In this document: positions 12,703 to 26,960 of the stretch, one piece after another
Layout: the number at the start of each line of letters is the position of its first letter
How positions within the stretch are numbered: the stretch's first letter is position 1
Assembly: GCF_009914755.1 (NCBI RefSeq)
Contig: NC_060947.1
DNA from: the human T2T-CHM13v2.0 reference genome, Homo sapiens
DNA: 64,000 nt
Strand: one strand, 5' to 3'
Program-made: the position numbers and the translations under genes
Notes under the pieces: generated by a model
Database searches by the model: none
Told to the model about the DNA's origin: nothing
What the model saw: the letters and a program-made list of their open reading frames with translations, nothing else

Positions 12703-13894
12703 GGCTAGTTCTAACTGCCTCCTCCATTTGCTCAACAGCTGTCCCTAAACTCTGGAGTAGGAAAAAGGGAGTAGAGTTGCCCAAAATATGAACTCTTCAA
12801 TTGGCTCCTTCCTATATTGTAGGGACTATCACACATGTGGTGGTCTTACAGGGCAGTGCATAATAAACAGCAGATAATGTTAAGTTTTCTGTCAGGGCCA
12901 TCTGCTCAAACAAAGTCAGAAACCACATCCAAAAAGAAACCACATCTGTAGTATGATGAAGGCACTATGTCTAGGCAAGGCTGGACCTGAGTCAAGTTGT
13001 CATCTCTGCCTGGTTGGGATATCTATGCCTGTGAATATTCTTGAACTCTCCCTTTTGGCTACAATTCTTCACTACAAGGTTCTCTCCCTTTTTCTTTCAG
13101 ATACTGAGTGTCCTCCTCAACCAAAGTGAACATTTAGAAAGGCATGTACTCTACTGTAACATTAAGTACAGTAGGTGTTTCTCCTCACCTGGGCTCTATA
13201 TTCTCAGTTCTTTGCAAACATCCTCTTAAAGGGATTTCATTCCCCCAAGTAGCTATTGGAATAGGGTATTTTGGAAGGGTCTGGGTCACATACTCCACCT
13301 AAGAATAAAGCCAGCTCTGCTTCTAGGCTCTCAGCCTCAGCCTTACTCATATTCTCAAATCTCTCCACTCGCTCAGCCTCTCATACAGTTGCCCTTCCTG
13401 CCTTCACAAGTCTCTGTCTCTTTCCACTTCTCTCCTCCCAATTCGGGTCAGGCTAGACTGAGGATGGCTAGACCTTAGAGATCGGCCAGAAATACAGAGA
13501 CACGGAAGCGATCTGCAGATGTCAATGAAACCAGAATAGTAAGAAATCCAGAGAAGGAGGCATAGTGTGATACCAGTTGGTCTGATAAGAGGGGACTAGG
13601 AACTGGGATTCAGAGGCAAGAAAGACTTTAGTTCTCATGAGAATTAGGGAGTCAGTCTCAGCTCTGGGAACCTGACATGCTGACCAGGGATCTAGCAGAA
13701 AGGGAGAGTCATGACTGGGCACGGGTAATTGGCAAGAAACCAGGGACTGGACAGAGGTTCTGAGGTCAGAAAAGGGCCAGAAGCTGGGATAGATTTGGAC
13801 CTATGGCTGGGGTTGGTGGCTCCAGGAGTGAAGGCTAGAGTCCTGTGCTGAAGTTCCACCATTTGTTTTATTCATTTGAGATATAGATTTCGCT

Positions 13895-14115
13895 TTATAG
13901 AGTGGAGGTTAAGAATGTTGGCTCTGGAGCTAGATGGCTGGGGTTCAATTCTGTCTTCATCTCTTACCAGAGGTTTGACTTTGGTAAGGCTCTTAATCTC
14001 CCTGTGCCTCATCTGAGGGATGCTGTGAGGCTCCAATGAGACAATGTATGCTAAATGCTTAGCAAAGCACTGGCCCACAGGACATCCTAGCTAAATGCTA
14101 TGCATGATGATGGTT
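13895..14115 (+). mobile_element. MIR
   Basis: ggttaagaatgttggctctggagctagatggctgggg... 5' region plus core. Confidence 0.8.
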
Positions 14116-14230
14116 AGCCCTCGAACTCCATGCCTCCATTCCTCTACTCCTCAAATTCCCTTCTGGTCACTGGGACATGTTCCCTCTGCTTAAAACAGCT
14201 TTTTTCCCTTAACTCCTTTTCATCGTTTAG

Positions 14231-14651
<421 letters not shown>

Positions 14652-15816
14652 TAATTGCTCATTTCCTTGTCTGTGTCTCCCATTAGTCCCTCAGCTCTAC
14701 AAGTTTGGGGATTGTATCAGTTTTTTCCACTGCTCTCTCAGTTTCGCTGACACACAATAGAAATTTATTAAATGTTTGTTGATTAAATGAATAAAATGGT
14801 GAGAGACTTCAAGCTTAGGTGCCTTGGGAGAGCCATAACCAGACAGGATTCCTCTGTTAAAGCTTAATCTATGAGCTTCTGACAATTGTAAAGCCAGAGC
14901 CCCAAGGCCTGCGGTCACTTTCAGATGATGTCCCTTTCGGGAGGTGTCAGTGAAACCCACCTGCCCACCACCTTGCCTGTCTGTTTTCTGTGTGCTGTGT
15001 GGGCCAAGTAGTACTGGGAGGAGCAGCTTTAAATCTGAAAGTGTCCTATACATTTTCCAAGCCTCTGTAGCAGTCACCATTTTTCCCAAGCTAGCTTGTG
15101 TAATAATGCCTGGAGGCTAGTAAACAATGAACAATCCAATACCTTTCAAAGCATCCTGGAAGTACAATATTTGTGCTCCTTCTGTGGCATGTAAATATGT
15201 CTTATATCATGCAACATGCTGCTTTTCTAAATATTCATAAAATCTTATCTTAAATTTCTTTTATTTTAATAAAATGAAAATCTCGGTCTGTCTTTGTGAG
15301 CAAAATGATGTTTCCACCAACAAAGCTACTGGAGCCAGGCTGGGGATTGCAGGCTGCAGCGGCTTGAAGAGATGGACTTAGAAGTCACAGGGGAAAGGCT
15401 GGACGATAATTCCCTCCTTCTTCCTCCTGAACTCTGCTGATTCCATGGGGAGCAATCAGAGAACATTCTTGGAGACCTCTAAGTGACTATCTCCATGCCT
15501 AGCCTCATGTAGAGACATTCTACACATTTCTCTAAAACTTGCAGATGGCCGAGTTCACCTGGGAAGAGTTCATTTTGTGTGAGAAAAGTGGACAATTAAC
15601 CTAGGGCAAGTGAAAATTGGAGGCAGGGATATAGCCAGCTGCTCTTAACAGAAAAACTAGTCATGCGTTCTTATTGCATGTTTGGGGACTGGGGTTAGGG
15701 CCGGAGAGTTTGACTCTCATTAGACAATTTGAAAAAAGTACATTTTAGCTTGGGGGACCCTTATTTCTCACCCCTTTATCAGAGGATAATTTAGAGTCGC
15801 ATATGGGGTCTCTGGG

Positions 15817-15965
15817 TAGGGTTTTGCTAAATTTGCTAATTTGCCAGATTTTGCAGATACAAATATAGGATGTCCACTTAAATTTGAGTTTCAGATAAAC
15901 AAGAGATTTTTTTTAGCATTTGCATATCCCAAATGTTTCATCCTGTAATGTATCTGGCAACCCTA
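15817..15965. mobile_element. MER53-like palindromic hAT MITE, internally deleted
   Basis: ttgccagattttgcagatacaaatataggatgtccacttaaatttgagtttcagataaacaa...atctggcaacccta. Confidence 0.8.
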
Positions 15966-17642
15966 TTCCCAGGTAGTTATCCCTTGGAGCACCATGTTGT
16001 TGGTCTGCTTAATAAGGCAAAATGCCTAAGAAGCCTTCTGCTACTGGGACACCCTTAGCGGCTGGAGTTAGATCATCTCCCTTAGTACTGCTGGAAGCTC
16101 TGAGAAGCCAGTAGACCCCCTAATGAGCTGAACAGTGTGTGGGGGGGTGGAGGTGGAATGTTGTCTTAAATAAGCCCCTACTGATAGTGTGCGTAAAGAT
16201 GGAGTTGGATGGAACAGCTGGTCTTTCAGGAGCCCTGTCCCCTACTTATCTTTTCTCCTTTTTGTGTGCCTTAGAAAACCCTACTGCTTTATTCTACCCT
16301 AAATCTCTTTTCCCAACAGCCAACCCAAATCAGTCAAGGCCCTTGAAACTTTCAGCCTAAAGTCAACTTATCCTGATAAACAAAAATGTAGGACTCAAAG
16401 GAAGCCACTACATGTAGAATATTCAATAGGAGAAAGCAAAAAGGACACTTGCTTACAGGCCTCATGCTTATTCCCATGGAAATAAAGAAACCAAATATGA
16501 GAATGAGAGAGGACCACCAGGACCTCACTTGGCTATTTAAATAAGAGAAATGATGCGGATTCAAGTGAAAGACAGATGGAACCGGAAGCAGCATCAATGC
16601 TTGGCAAAAGTAGTTTTTGGACTAGTGAGCTGAAAGGAGGGGCTGTTTGTTTCCCTGCAGATGTCTCGCAGGCTCCTGTAAGGAAGGAGTTTTTCCCACG
16701 TGCTCTTTGGAGTTGGACTGGGAAGGCTTAGTGTTAACTTACCTACCTTAGCCTAGTCACAGCACTAAAGGGCAAGTTGGCCTACTTGAGAGTGAGGCCC
16801 CTGAGAAGAACACAAACCACCCTCAATACACTTTAAATACTCTTCCCAGGGTTTTGTGCTCAGGAGTTGTTTGAAAGGCACAGGCACCTGGGTGGTTTTA
16901 TGGGGTAATAAAAAGATGTGGAATGGAGGTGGGTGTGGATCATTTCTGCCCCTCTGTTCTGTTCCCAAGAAACCCTGGAGTACAGTGATTCTGAGACACT
17001 GTTAGGCCACCTGTGGTAGACATGAGTGGCCTTTTTCCAATTACTTCCTTTCCCCCTAATCTCAGATGATATGAGGGCTGGGTTCACAAAAGCATGGTAG
17101 AGGCAAGGCTTAAGACGAGAGGCCCAATGGGCTTGAGCCAGACTGTTGGCCAGACTGGGGCTAAAGACTCGTCAGCATGGTCAGACTAGGACACTCCGGC
17201 ATGTGATTAACCATCTACAGTTAGGGCTGGAAGAGTTTTAGCTGGCATTTGGGCATGACTTTATAAAATGACCTTCCACACACAACTCTAAAATCAGGTC
17301 TGGGGTCTGAGGCCAGCCCTAGATTAGCTCCCACTGAGGTACTTTGCACTGGCTGCCTTTTTCTTTTGGGAGGGACGACTGTAGCCTTTGAGGTGGGTCC
17401 TCATAGGCTTTCAGTAGTGTGAAGCTTTGGTCAAATCTGGGTGCCTAGCACTATATTTAAGCACATACATATCTGCTCAACATCACTCAGCTAGTAAGTA
17501 GTAGAGTCAGTGCTGGAAACCAGATCTGTCTGACTTCAAAGCTCAAGCTTTAAACCATTACCCCACCATTTCTCAGCCTCCAGCCTCTCAAATACCACCT
17601 TCATGATTTTTGCCATATCGTGTACTGCCTACACTATTATTT

Positions 17643-18173
17643 TGTAAAATTTTTTAATTTTTAATTTTTATAGGGACATAGTAGGTATATATACTTATGG
17701 GGGACATAAGATGTTTTGATACAGGCATGCAATGTGAAATAAGCGCATCATGGAGAATGGGATATCCATCCCCTCAGGCACTTATCCTATGTGTTACAAA
17801 CAATACAATTATACTCTTTAAGTTATTTTAAAATGTACAATTAAGTTATTATTGACTATAGTCACCCTGTGGTGCTATCAAATACTAGGTTTTATTCATT
17901 CTTTCTAACTATTTTTTTGTACCCATTAACAATCTCCACCTCCCTCCCTTAGGTTCCCACTCTCCTTCCCATCCTCTGGTAACCATTCTATTCTCTATGT
18001 CTGTGAGTTCAATAGTTTTGATTTTTAGATCCCACAAATAAGTGAGAACATGTGATGTTTGTCTTTCTGTGCCTGTCTTATTTCACTTGACATAATACTC
18101 TCCAGTTCCATCCATGTTTTTGCAAATGACAGGATCTCATTCTTTGTTTTGGCTGAATAGTACTGCATTGTGT
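17643..18173 (-). mobile_element. L1MA 3' end inserted in an older hAT element (about 17566-18396)
   Basis: antisense L1MA 3'UTR; 14-bp TSD ctacactattattt at 17629-17642 and 18174-18187; host ends accacactttggaaaataccg. Confidence 0.9.
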
Positions 18174-18477
18174 CTACACTATTATTTCCTTAATATTTTT
18201 GAATCAACTTTTAAACTTTCATTAAAAGGAAAATCTATGTCACTGCCATAAACTGAAATCCAGTATCAAGTACCCTAAATGGAAGAAAATTATACTAATA
18301 TACCTATAACTGCTTATTATAAATGTTCATCTGGGTATGACTGATAATCATCTCATATCTCGCTGGTGGTTTGCCTACCACACTTTGGAAAATACCGCAC
18401 TATTCTAAGCAGCAGGATTATAATAGGCCTTGAAGGCTACTCTGGACTAAATGTTTGTGTCTCCTCCCTGCCCTCCC

Positions 18478-18887
18478 AATATGGTTTGGCACTGTGTCCC
18501 AACCCAAATATCATGTTAAGTTATAATTTCCAGTGTTGGGGGAGGGATCTTGTAGGAGGCGATGGGATCATGGGGGCGGATTTCTCCCTTGCTGTTATCA
18601 TGATAGTGAGTGAGCTCTCATGAGATCGGATAGTTTAAAAGTGTGTGGCACTTCTCCCTTCTCTCTCTCTCTCTCTCTCTCTTTTTCTCTCTCTCTCTCT
18701 CCTGCCACCATGTGAAGATGTGCCTGCTTCCCCATCGCCCTTCTGCCATAATTGTAAGTTTCCTGAAGGCTCCCCAGCCATGCTTCCTCTATAGCCTGTG
18801 GAACGGTGAGTCAATTAAATATCTTTTCTTCATAAATTACCCAGTCTCAGGTAGTCCTTTATAGCAGCGTGAGAATTGACTAATATA
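18478..18887 (+). mobile_element. MSTA/MSTB LTR
   Basis: atatggtttggcactgtgtccc...aaattacccagtctcaggtagt...gactaatata, with an internal (CT)n. Confidence 0.9.
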
Positions 18888-18938
18888 ACACCCCCCCGCC
18901 ACTTGCATACATTGGAGCCCTAATCTCCAATGTGATGG

Positions 18939-19322
18939 TGTCTTATTCTGTTTTCTGTGGCTACAGCAGAATACCTGAGGCTGGGTAATTTATAAAGCAA
19001 ATAAATTTATTTAGCTCACAGTTCTGATGGCGGGGAGGTCCAAGGTTGGGCAGTTGCATCTGGTTGGCTTCTGGTGAGGGCTTTATCAAAACATGTCAGA
19101 GAATAGAAGGGGAAGTCAGTACATGCAAAAAGGGCAAAACACAACAGGCAAGCTAAGAATGAATCCATTTCCCCAAGAACTAACCCAGTCTCATGAGAAA
19201 GACATTAATCCATCTTAATGAACTAATCACCTCTTAAAGGCACCACCTCCCAATGCTGCCACGTTGGAAACCAATCCTTAATATGAGTTTTGGTGGGGAC
19301 AAACAATATTTAAAGCATTGCA
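18939..19322 (-). mobile_element. MST-type LTR
   Basis: TG...CA termini and 5-bp TSD GATGG at 18934-18938 and 19323-19327. Confidence 0.85.
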
Positions 19323-20677
19323 GATGGGATTTGGAAGTGTGGCTTTTAGGAGGTAATTATGCCATGAAAGTAGAGCCCTCATAAATGGGATTAGTGTCCT
19401 TTTAAGTGACACAAAGAGATGATCTCTCCCTCCACCATGTGAGGGCACAGCAAGAAGGCAGCCATCTGCAAACCAGGAAAAGAACCCTCACCAAGAACCT
19501 CGATCTTGGATTTTCTAGTCTCCAGAAGTGTGAGCAATAAGTGTCTACGGTTTAAGCCACCCAATCTATGGTATTTTTGTTATAGCAGCCCAAAGTGACC
19601 AAAACAAAGGCCATCTAATGAACCTTCCTCCCCTTTTCAATTTCAAAATAGCCTGTGCAATCTTTTAATTAATATCCTCTTGCCTGAGCTTGAACTTCTC
19701 TTGTGAGGAGACAGAAAACATTTTGCTTCTGACCAGAAACTGCCATCACACATGTTTCTTTGTTCTTTGATGTTGACACAAGTATACAGCCTTTGAAGAA
19801 CTTTTACTACTGCGGCAAACTAGACATAAGGCCACTTGTGTGCCCTCACCTTTGCACTGTCTTTTTCTCATCTTTTTAAACTTAGCTGTTGTGGAGAGAA
19901 GGACAAAAAAGTACACAGGTGATGTTGGTGTGTTGGAGTATATACAGGATTGAAGTTTGATTTACGTACTTCACTCTGAGGGAAACACAAACCAGGCACA
20001 GAAAGTTGGATCCAGTAAGAAATCCTTAGTATTGGGAGGGAAGGGGAAATTCTGAATGCAGATGTGTATGTCTTCTGGTCCAGCTGCCTTTGAAATAATT
20101 TCAACATCTTCTGAGAAAAAGGAGGTGGAAGAGAAGAGTCGTCTCTTTAAAAAACCTTAGTAGGACATCAGCACATGAGCATGCCGGTTTGGCTGTGCCT
20201 CTAACAAAAAGTATCACAAAGGGAAGAGAGATCTTTTCCCCCTATCCAGAATAATATATTGCCTAGCTTTGGCATTTCAAGGGCCCCAGTGCCTCAGCTG
20301 TAGCAGCAGATAGCAGTGCCCAGTGGATGCAGGGTTGCTTAGCACAGGCACCAAGAGATAAATAGAAGGGCAGCAAGAGCAGCCCCTGGCAGGAAGCAGA
20401 CATCCCTTGGGGACTCTAATATTATTAAGGGGTCCTTTGATAGAGGCCAAATTCTGCATAAGAGATAAAGGCAAGAGCTGGCAAAATTTGGAAGAGTGAG
20501 AGATTGTGTGACCTTTTATATACCTGCAGGCTGGCAAGGTCTGGGGAAACTCAAAGTACACACAGTTTAGAGAAAAATCTTGGACCACTGCCTGCTACCC
20601 CAGTTCCAGACATCACAGAAAAAGGGGTACATGTCCATATAATAAAGATCTCTTTCAAAAGTCTCAGAAAGGCTTTT

Positions 20678-22356
20678 CAAATACGTACAGCCAACTGATC
20701 TTTGACAAAGCATACAAAAACATAAACTGGGGAGTGGACACCCTATTTAATAAATGGTGCTGGGAAAACTTGCAAGCCACAGGTAGAAGAATGAAACTGA
20801 ATCTTTATCTCTCCTGTTATACAAAAATCAACCCAAGATTGATTAAAGACTTAAATCTAATACGCGAAACTATAAAACTTTCAGAAGATAACATCGAAAA
20901 AACCCTTGTAGACATTGGCCTAGGCAAAGAATTCATGACCAAGACCCCAAAAGCAAATGCAACAAAAACAAAAATAAATAATTGGAACCTAATTAAACTG
21001 AAAAGCTTCTGCACAGCACAAGAAATAATCAGCAGAGTAAACAGACAACCCACAGAATGGGAGAAAATCTTTGCAAACTACATATCTGAAAAAGGACTAG
21101 TATCTGGAACCTACAAGAAACTCAAACAAATCAGCAAGAAAAAAAATCTCATTAAAAGGTGGGCAAGTGACATGAGTAGGCATTTCTCAAAAGAAGATAT
21201 ACAAATAGGCCAGGCGTGGTGGCTTACACCTGTAATCCTAGCACTTTGGGAGGCCGAGGCGGGTGGATTACTTGAGGCCAGAAGTTCAAGACCAGCCTGG
21301 CCAGCATGGCAAAACCCCATCTGTCCTAAAAATACAAAAATTAGCCGGGCATGCCTGTAGTCTCAGCTACTCAGGAGGCTGAGGCACGAGAATTGCTGGA
21401 ACCCAGGATGCAGAGGTTGCTGTGAGATGAGATGGAGCCACTGCACTCCAACCTGGGTGATAGAACGAGACTCTGTCTCAAAAAAAAAAAAAAAAAAAAA
21501 GCCCACAACAAAACAAAAACCAAAACCAAACAAACAAAAATGGCTCAAAATCACTGATCATCAGGGAAATGTAAATTAAAACCACAATGAGATACCACTG
21601 TACTCCTGCAAGAATGGCAATTATTAAAAAGTCAAAAACCAATAGATGTTGGCATGGATGTGGGGAAAAAGGAATGCTTCTACACTGCTGGTGGGAATAT
21701 AAATTAGTACAACCTCTATGGAAAACGGTATGGAGATTCCTTAAAGAGCTAAAAGTAGATCTACCATTCGATCCAGCAATCTTACTACTGGATATCTACC
21801 CAAAGGAAAATAAGTCACTACATGAAAAAGACACTTGTACACATAGGTTTATACCAGCATAGTTCACGATTGCAAAGATGTGGAACCAACTTAAGTGTCC
21901 ATCGACCAATGAGTGGATAAAAAAAATGTGGTATATACATATATACACCATGAAATGTTACTCAGCCATTAAAAGGAATGAAACAATCTTTTGCAGCAAC
22001 TTGGATGAAGCTGGAGGCCATTATTCTGAGTGAAGTAACATAGGAGTGGAAAACCAAAAACTACATGTTCTCATTTATAAGTGGGAGCTAAGCTATGAGT
22101 ACACAAAAGCATACAGAGTGATATAATGGACTTTAGAGACTCTGAAGGGGGAGGCTGGGAGGGGGGGCAGGGATAAAAAACTACACATTAGGTACAATGT
22201 ACACTACTCGGGTGATGGGTGGACTAAAATCTCAGAATTCACCACTACATAATTCATCTATGTAACCAAAAGCCACTTGCAGCCCAAAAGCTATTGAAAT
22301 AAAAATTTAAAAAAATATATTAAAGAATTAAAAAACCCAAAAACAAAATCCAAAAT
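20678..22356 (+). mobile_element. 5'-truncated L1PB-type element (ORF2 C-terminus plus 3'UTR)
   Basis: [10 protein letters not shown]... and the zinc knuckle [16 protein letters not shown] in ORFs 20734 and 21587; 16-bp TSD tctcagaaaggctttt at 20662-20677 and 22357-22372. Confidence 0.95.
21208..21500 (+). mobile_element. Alu (old S/J) inserted in the L1
   Basis: ggccaggcgtggtggc start through poly-A; small deletion after the linker. Confidence 0.95.
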
Positions 22357-23635
22357 TCTCAGAAAGGCTTTTAAAATATGATACATGGGAGAAAACCCTG
22401 CAACAAAGACATGAGGTCCCATCATTATTGTGAATTAGCCCCTTGATCAACAACCATCACTTGAACATACACGGACTGCAGCAGCAAATGGGTTAGAAAA
22501 ATGGGAGGCTAGCTATTTGTTCTTTAGGGAGACAGAGCTATTAGGGCGATGTCTGGCTGAGTTATTGAAGGAGAGGGATGTGTTCAAGGTACAAAATGGG
22601 TCCTTGAAATAGTTTCTCGTATGATGGCTCAGAAAGAAAAATAGGACTCCAGCCCTTCACATGACGGCAACCACCATTTGTTACTGTCTGCTGCATCTAG
22701 ACTGGAATGGGGTCTGTCAGTGAGCTTCATGTTGACACAGGTGCTGGGGAGAGGTTGAAGAGGGGGAAGTTAGCTGGAGACACTGCTGTCAGGATCAGCA
22801 CTGGGGCAGAGAGGAAGCAGCTGCGTTTCGGTGGTAGAAGTGGGAGGGGAAGGAAGAGGGGTCTGCAAGGGTTCTGTACATCCTGCACTGACAGAACTCA
22901 ACAGCCCAGCCCTGCCTGGCTGGCCCTGGACAAGATAGACCCTGGGCAGCAACTGGGAGAAGGGAAGAGGAGAAGGGGAGCTCCTGGGGCCAGAATCATT
23001 CAGCAGAGGCTGTGGTTTCAGTGCATACCTTTGTGTGAAAGGAGTGCACCAAATCATTGAGTTGGGCTGTAATTCCAAGGGCTATAATTATAATTCCAAT
23101 TCTTTTTTGTTTGTAATATTTCAAATTCTTGGTTCCTAGATATTGATCAGCAAAAAATTCCTCAGATGGCAATAGCCTCTTTTCTCCTGCAGCTCTCTCC
23201 CCACCCTTAGCCCTTACAAAGTAGAGCAGGAAGCTATTTTCTTTCCTCATTTCCATGGGAGAAGGAAAAAAGAAATAATAACAAAAGCCCATATTTGTTG
23301 AAGACTTTCCATGAGCTGGGCACTCACAACAATCCTGAGAGGTAGGTATTAATATTGGCCCCATTTTACAGATGAGGATATTGACGGTCGTTTACCCCTG
23401 CTTATTTCCTTCACAGTGCTGATCACAATCTCTAATCGTCTTATTTATTTGTACCCTTGTCTGTTCACTCCCATAGAGTGTGCACTCTATAAAAGAGGAC
23501 TTTTGTCTATTTTGTTCGCTATATATGTGCAATGTGTAAAAGTGGGTGTGTGGCACATCACAGATTCTCAGTAGCTTGTATTTCTGTCAGGTTTTGGATT
23601 TGATTTTACCCCACTTACAATCAAATAATTTAGCT

Positions 23636-24060
23636 TGTTACTGTTTTATGATTGCTGGAAGAAAATACAAGACTTCTGGATCAGAGACAGACTGTATTAC
23701 TCACAACACATTAAACAACATGAGCATCAGCAAGTTTGTGTCACTTGCCCTTGTCCCCAAGTCCCATAGGGATGACACAGAGGGACCCAAATTCATGCTT
23801 TATATGCAGTCGGTTTACATCACAGCTGTGGGACAATGACACTAAGCTTGGGGAGCCCAGAGTTTTGTAGCAAGCGGTAAGGATTCCCACTCTTTGTCCC
23901 AGAGGCCATGTTACCTCACCCCTGAAAATTTCTCACTGCCACTATTAATATAACCCTGAGAAATGTCCCTGGAAAAGAGTTGCCAGGGCCTTGCATTCTT
24001 GGCATGCCCAACAAGAAGTATAGGAGCATAAGAGATCCAGGGAGGAGTGTCTCCCAATAT
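23636..24060. mobile_element. ERVL-type LTR (MER54/MER74/LTR53 group)
   Basis: gacttctggatcagagacagactgtattactcaca motif; subfamily uncertain. Confidence 0.5.
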
Positions 24061-24144
24061 CCTACCCCACTTACCCCACTTAATTACTTCATGCAGAAAA
24101 TGGGGATGACAGTATCTACTTGATATAGTAGCTATTAAGTGAGT

Positions 24145-24455
24145 TATGTGCTCAAATGTCACTTTTTCAGTGACACATTCCCTGACCATCCTACTTAAAA
24201 TAGAGGTCACACCTCCAGCATTCTCTGAAAATACTACTTTATTGCTTTATTTTACTTCACAGCACTTACCACTATTGAATATACTCAACATTTCACTCAT
24301 TTATCTCTCTCATTGTCTGTCTTCCATGAAATGGAATGCAATGCAGGGATATCTTTCATATCTCTCTGTCCTGCTTATGACTGGATCATCAGTGCCAAAT
24401 TCAGGGCCTGGCACATTTTAGGCATAAATAATAAAATACTTGTTGAATGGGTGAA
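24145..24455 (+). mobile_element. L2 3' end
   Basis: ctcaaatgtcacttt...cctggcacatt...aaatacttgttgaatg. Confidence 0.8.
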
Positions 24456-24799
24456 AGCACCCAGCCCAGTGCTTGACACAAAAAAGGGCTTCATATATAC
24501 TAGTTTCTCTTCCACCCTGCTCATGCCTGTCTCCCTTTTTTTCAAACTGCCCATACATCCATCAATCCCCCAACCATGCTTGGGCTCCGGTCCACCCTCC
24601 CACCTGCTCTATCATCCCAAGCCCCTGCTGAGTTGCCCGTGCACACCCAAGAACCCACCCTCCCTCTTCTCCTTTTTCCTTCCTTCCATTTGGCCAGTGG
24701 GGGTGGGAATTACTACCTTCTAAATCTGAATCTGAGCGCACACAGAAAATATGATGGGGGTCCCACTTTCCACAGGAGCAGTAAAAAAAAAGATAATCA

Positions 24800-25720
24800 T
24801 AAATTCTCCCATGTTATTGAGTGCTGAACATGTGCTGTATCATTTACACGTGTTTGCTCAAGTAGTCTTCACGGGAACACTGGAGGGGGAAGTATTATTA
24901 TTGTCCTCACTTGACAGATAAGGAAAATAAAGCTCACAGGGGCTAGATGACTTAACCCACCTATAGCTGGGACCAGAACCCATGCAATATAACTCTAAAG
25001 TCCATGGTCCATTGAAGGGCCCAGGAACTGAAGGTAAGTCTATTGAAGACAGAAGGTATTAAATGAGCCAAGGGTATGTAATTTCTAACCTCTCCATGGA
25101 CTTCCTGCCTCCTCCCTGAACTTCTGAGCTACTCAGTGGGCACTTGTATTAGCCTCTCTTTAATGCAGAGGCCTTATCTCCATATCTGGTCTAGACTGCA
25201 AACTTATTGTGGATAAGCCCATGTGTTATTACTGTCTGTGGCACTCATAACTTTCACACAGCAGGCTCTTAGTAAACAACAAAGGCAATGACCATAGCAT
25301 CAGCAGCAGGTGTTGGAGTCACAGAACTAGGTTTGAATTTCAGCTTTGATTTGAACTCGTTTTGTGACCACGGGCACTTTGTTCCACCCCTCTGAACCTG
25401 TTTCCTTGTCTGTAAAATGGGCATAATACAAGTACTTATTTCAGATGGTTGTAATTTACAAATGAATTCAAATGTAGTGATTAGAACAGTGCTTGGCATG
25501 AAATAAATATTCAAGAAATGTTAGCTATTTATTGTTGCTATTATTATTAGAATCCCTATATGCCACTTTAATATTCACTTTAAAAATATAATCTTATCAC
25601 ACTTGAACATAATAGGTGTTATTACTATTTTATACACATGTCTCAGAAAGATTAAGGTAACTTTTACACAGAGTGACAGAGTGAAGTTTTGAATCCTCGA
25701 TGCTATTTCTGCTACATGAA
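24800..25720. mobile_element. cluster of MIR/L2 fragments in both orientations
   Basis: MIR cores near 24900 (-), 25400 (+) and 25630 (-). Confidence 0.7.
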
Positions 25721-26629
25721 TTGAATGGTTTCGTCTTTTCTGAAGGAGTGGAATGGTGGGCTTCCTTGATTAAGCCATTTCTTTAATGAAATGCTTGACC
25801 AAGACCCTAACAGCCACCAAGCTATGGAGGATCTTACTCAGTTATCTCCAGAAACCTGGCCAGAGGGAATGGGGTGAGGGAGAAGCTGAAGGCAAGGTGA
25901 GGGGGTGTGTGTGCTGGCTTTCTGAGAAGCTTAGGGTTAGAACAGGGAGTTGAGGAAGGGCCAAAGTAGAATTAAATTCAAATGCAGGTGATTTCACTGA
26001 GGCTAAGAAAATGATACCCCCCTACCCTCCACCCCTCACAGCTGCAGTGGGGCCCAGCTTGCAGCTGGGAAGGCTTTTGCGTTTACTACTCACAGTTCTC
26101 TGGGAGCCAATGTTTGCTTCCCTTTCTCCGGGGTTTTGTGCAGGGAGAGGTGCAGAGCAACAATCAGAGACCAAATAACTTAATTCAAGGCCAAACAGAT
26201 GCTTTTTTTCTTGAAGGTATCCAGGGGTATGATCTGCAACAGAGCTGCTCATCACCGCTCTCTAATTTTGGGGCCTCGTGTAGGGGAAGAGCTCATTCGC
26301 TTCTCTTGGGATGTGAGCCAGCTGGGATAGATGCTTCACTAAGAGACATGTGTGCACTTTGTCCTGATCTGAGCTCACTGTGAAGGGCCTTTGAACTCAT
26401 CAAGCAATTCCAGGAAGTGGAAGATGATCAAAGAACACAAGAGAATCATGGTTTAAGCTTCTTTTAAAGTCGAGTTTGGATGTGCTGTGAAGAGGGAGGA
26501 GGCAGCTTTCTTGTCCACCGGCATCACATAAAGAGAAGAGCTGTGAATCCCCACAAAGAACCACTTGCACCATAAGTACCAGGGCAGGGGAGGCGTGGGG
26601 CTTGTAACATTAGATTATTGGGCCCTCCT

Positions 26630-26960
26630 CACACCCTCAAAATCAGAATTTGGTGGGGCGGGGGGCTGCGGGAGGACGGTGAGAGTAGGTCCCAGCAGTC
26701 AGCAATTCAAATAAGCCCCCAGGTGACTCTAATGTACTGGAAAGTTTGAGGACAACTAAGTTAAAGCATGGGACTTGGAGAGTTCCAACCCTGCTTCTAC
26801 TACTTATCAACTCTGTGATCTTTGGCAAGCTATTTAACCTCTCTGAGCTTTAGATTCTTCCTTATAGAATGGAATAACCATAGTACCTCCCTCACAGTGC
26901 TGTGGGGAGGATTAAATGAGATAACATGTTCCCAATTAGAAATGGTAGTTATTAAATTTC
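26630..26960. mobile_element. MER5-type MITE followed by MIR
   Basis: ccaggtgactctaatgtactggaaagtttgag; then tttaacctctctgagctt...ggattaaatgagataa. Confidence 0.75.

Larger units (their letters stand above)
18437..19606 (+). mobile_element. MLT1A-type LTR split by two MST insertions
   Basis: host pieces at about 18437-18477, 18888-18938 and 19328-19606 follow the MLT1A consensus order. Confidence 0.8.

Noticed and set aside
16645-16684. acceptor-like ttccctgcag and donor-like gtaagg around a 17-nt micro-exon; similar isolated splice-like sites near 25033, 29708, 31930 and 37202
   Set aside because: no consistent exon chain or recognisable protein; such sites are common by chance
20734-21862. 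208-aa and 91-aa ORFs
   Set aside because: decayed L1 ORF2 pieces, the first reading into an Alu; the last zinc-knuckle Cys is mutated
22790-22812. REST/RE1-like TCAGCAC motif
   Set aside because: the right half-site does not match GGACAG at the required spacing
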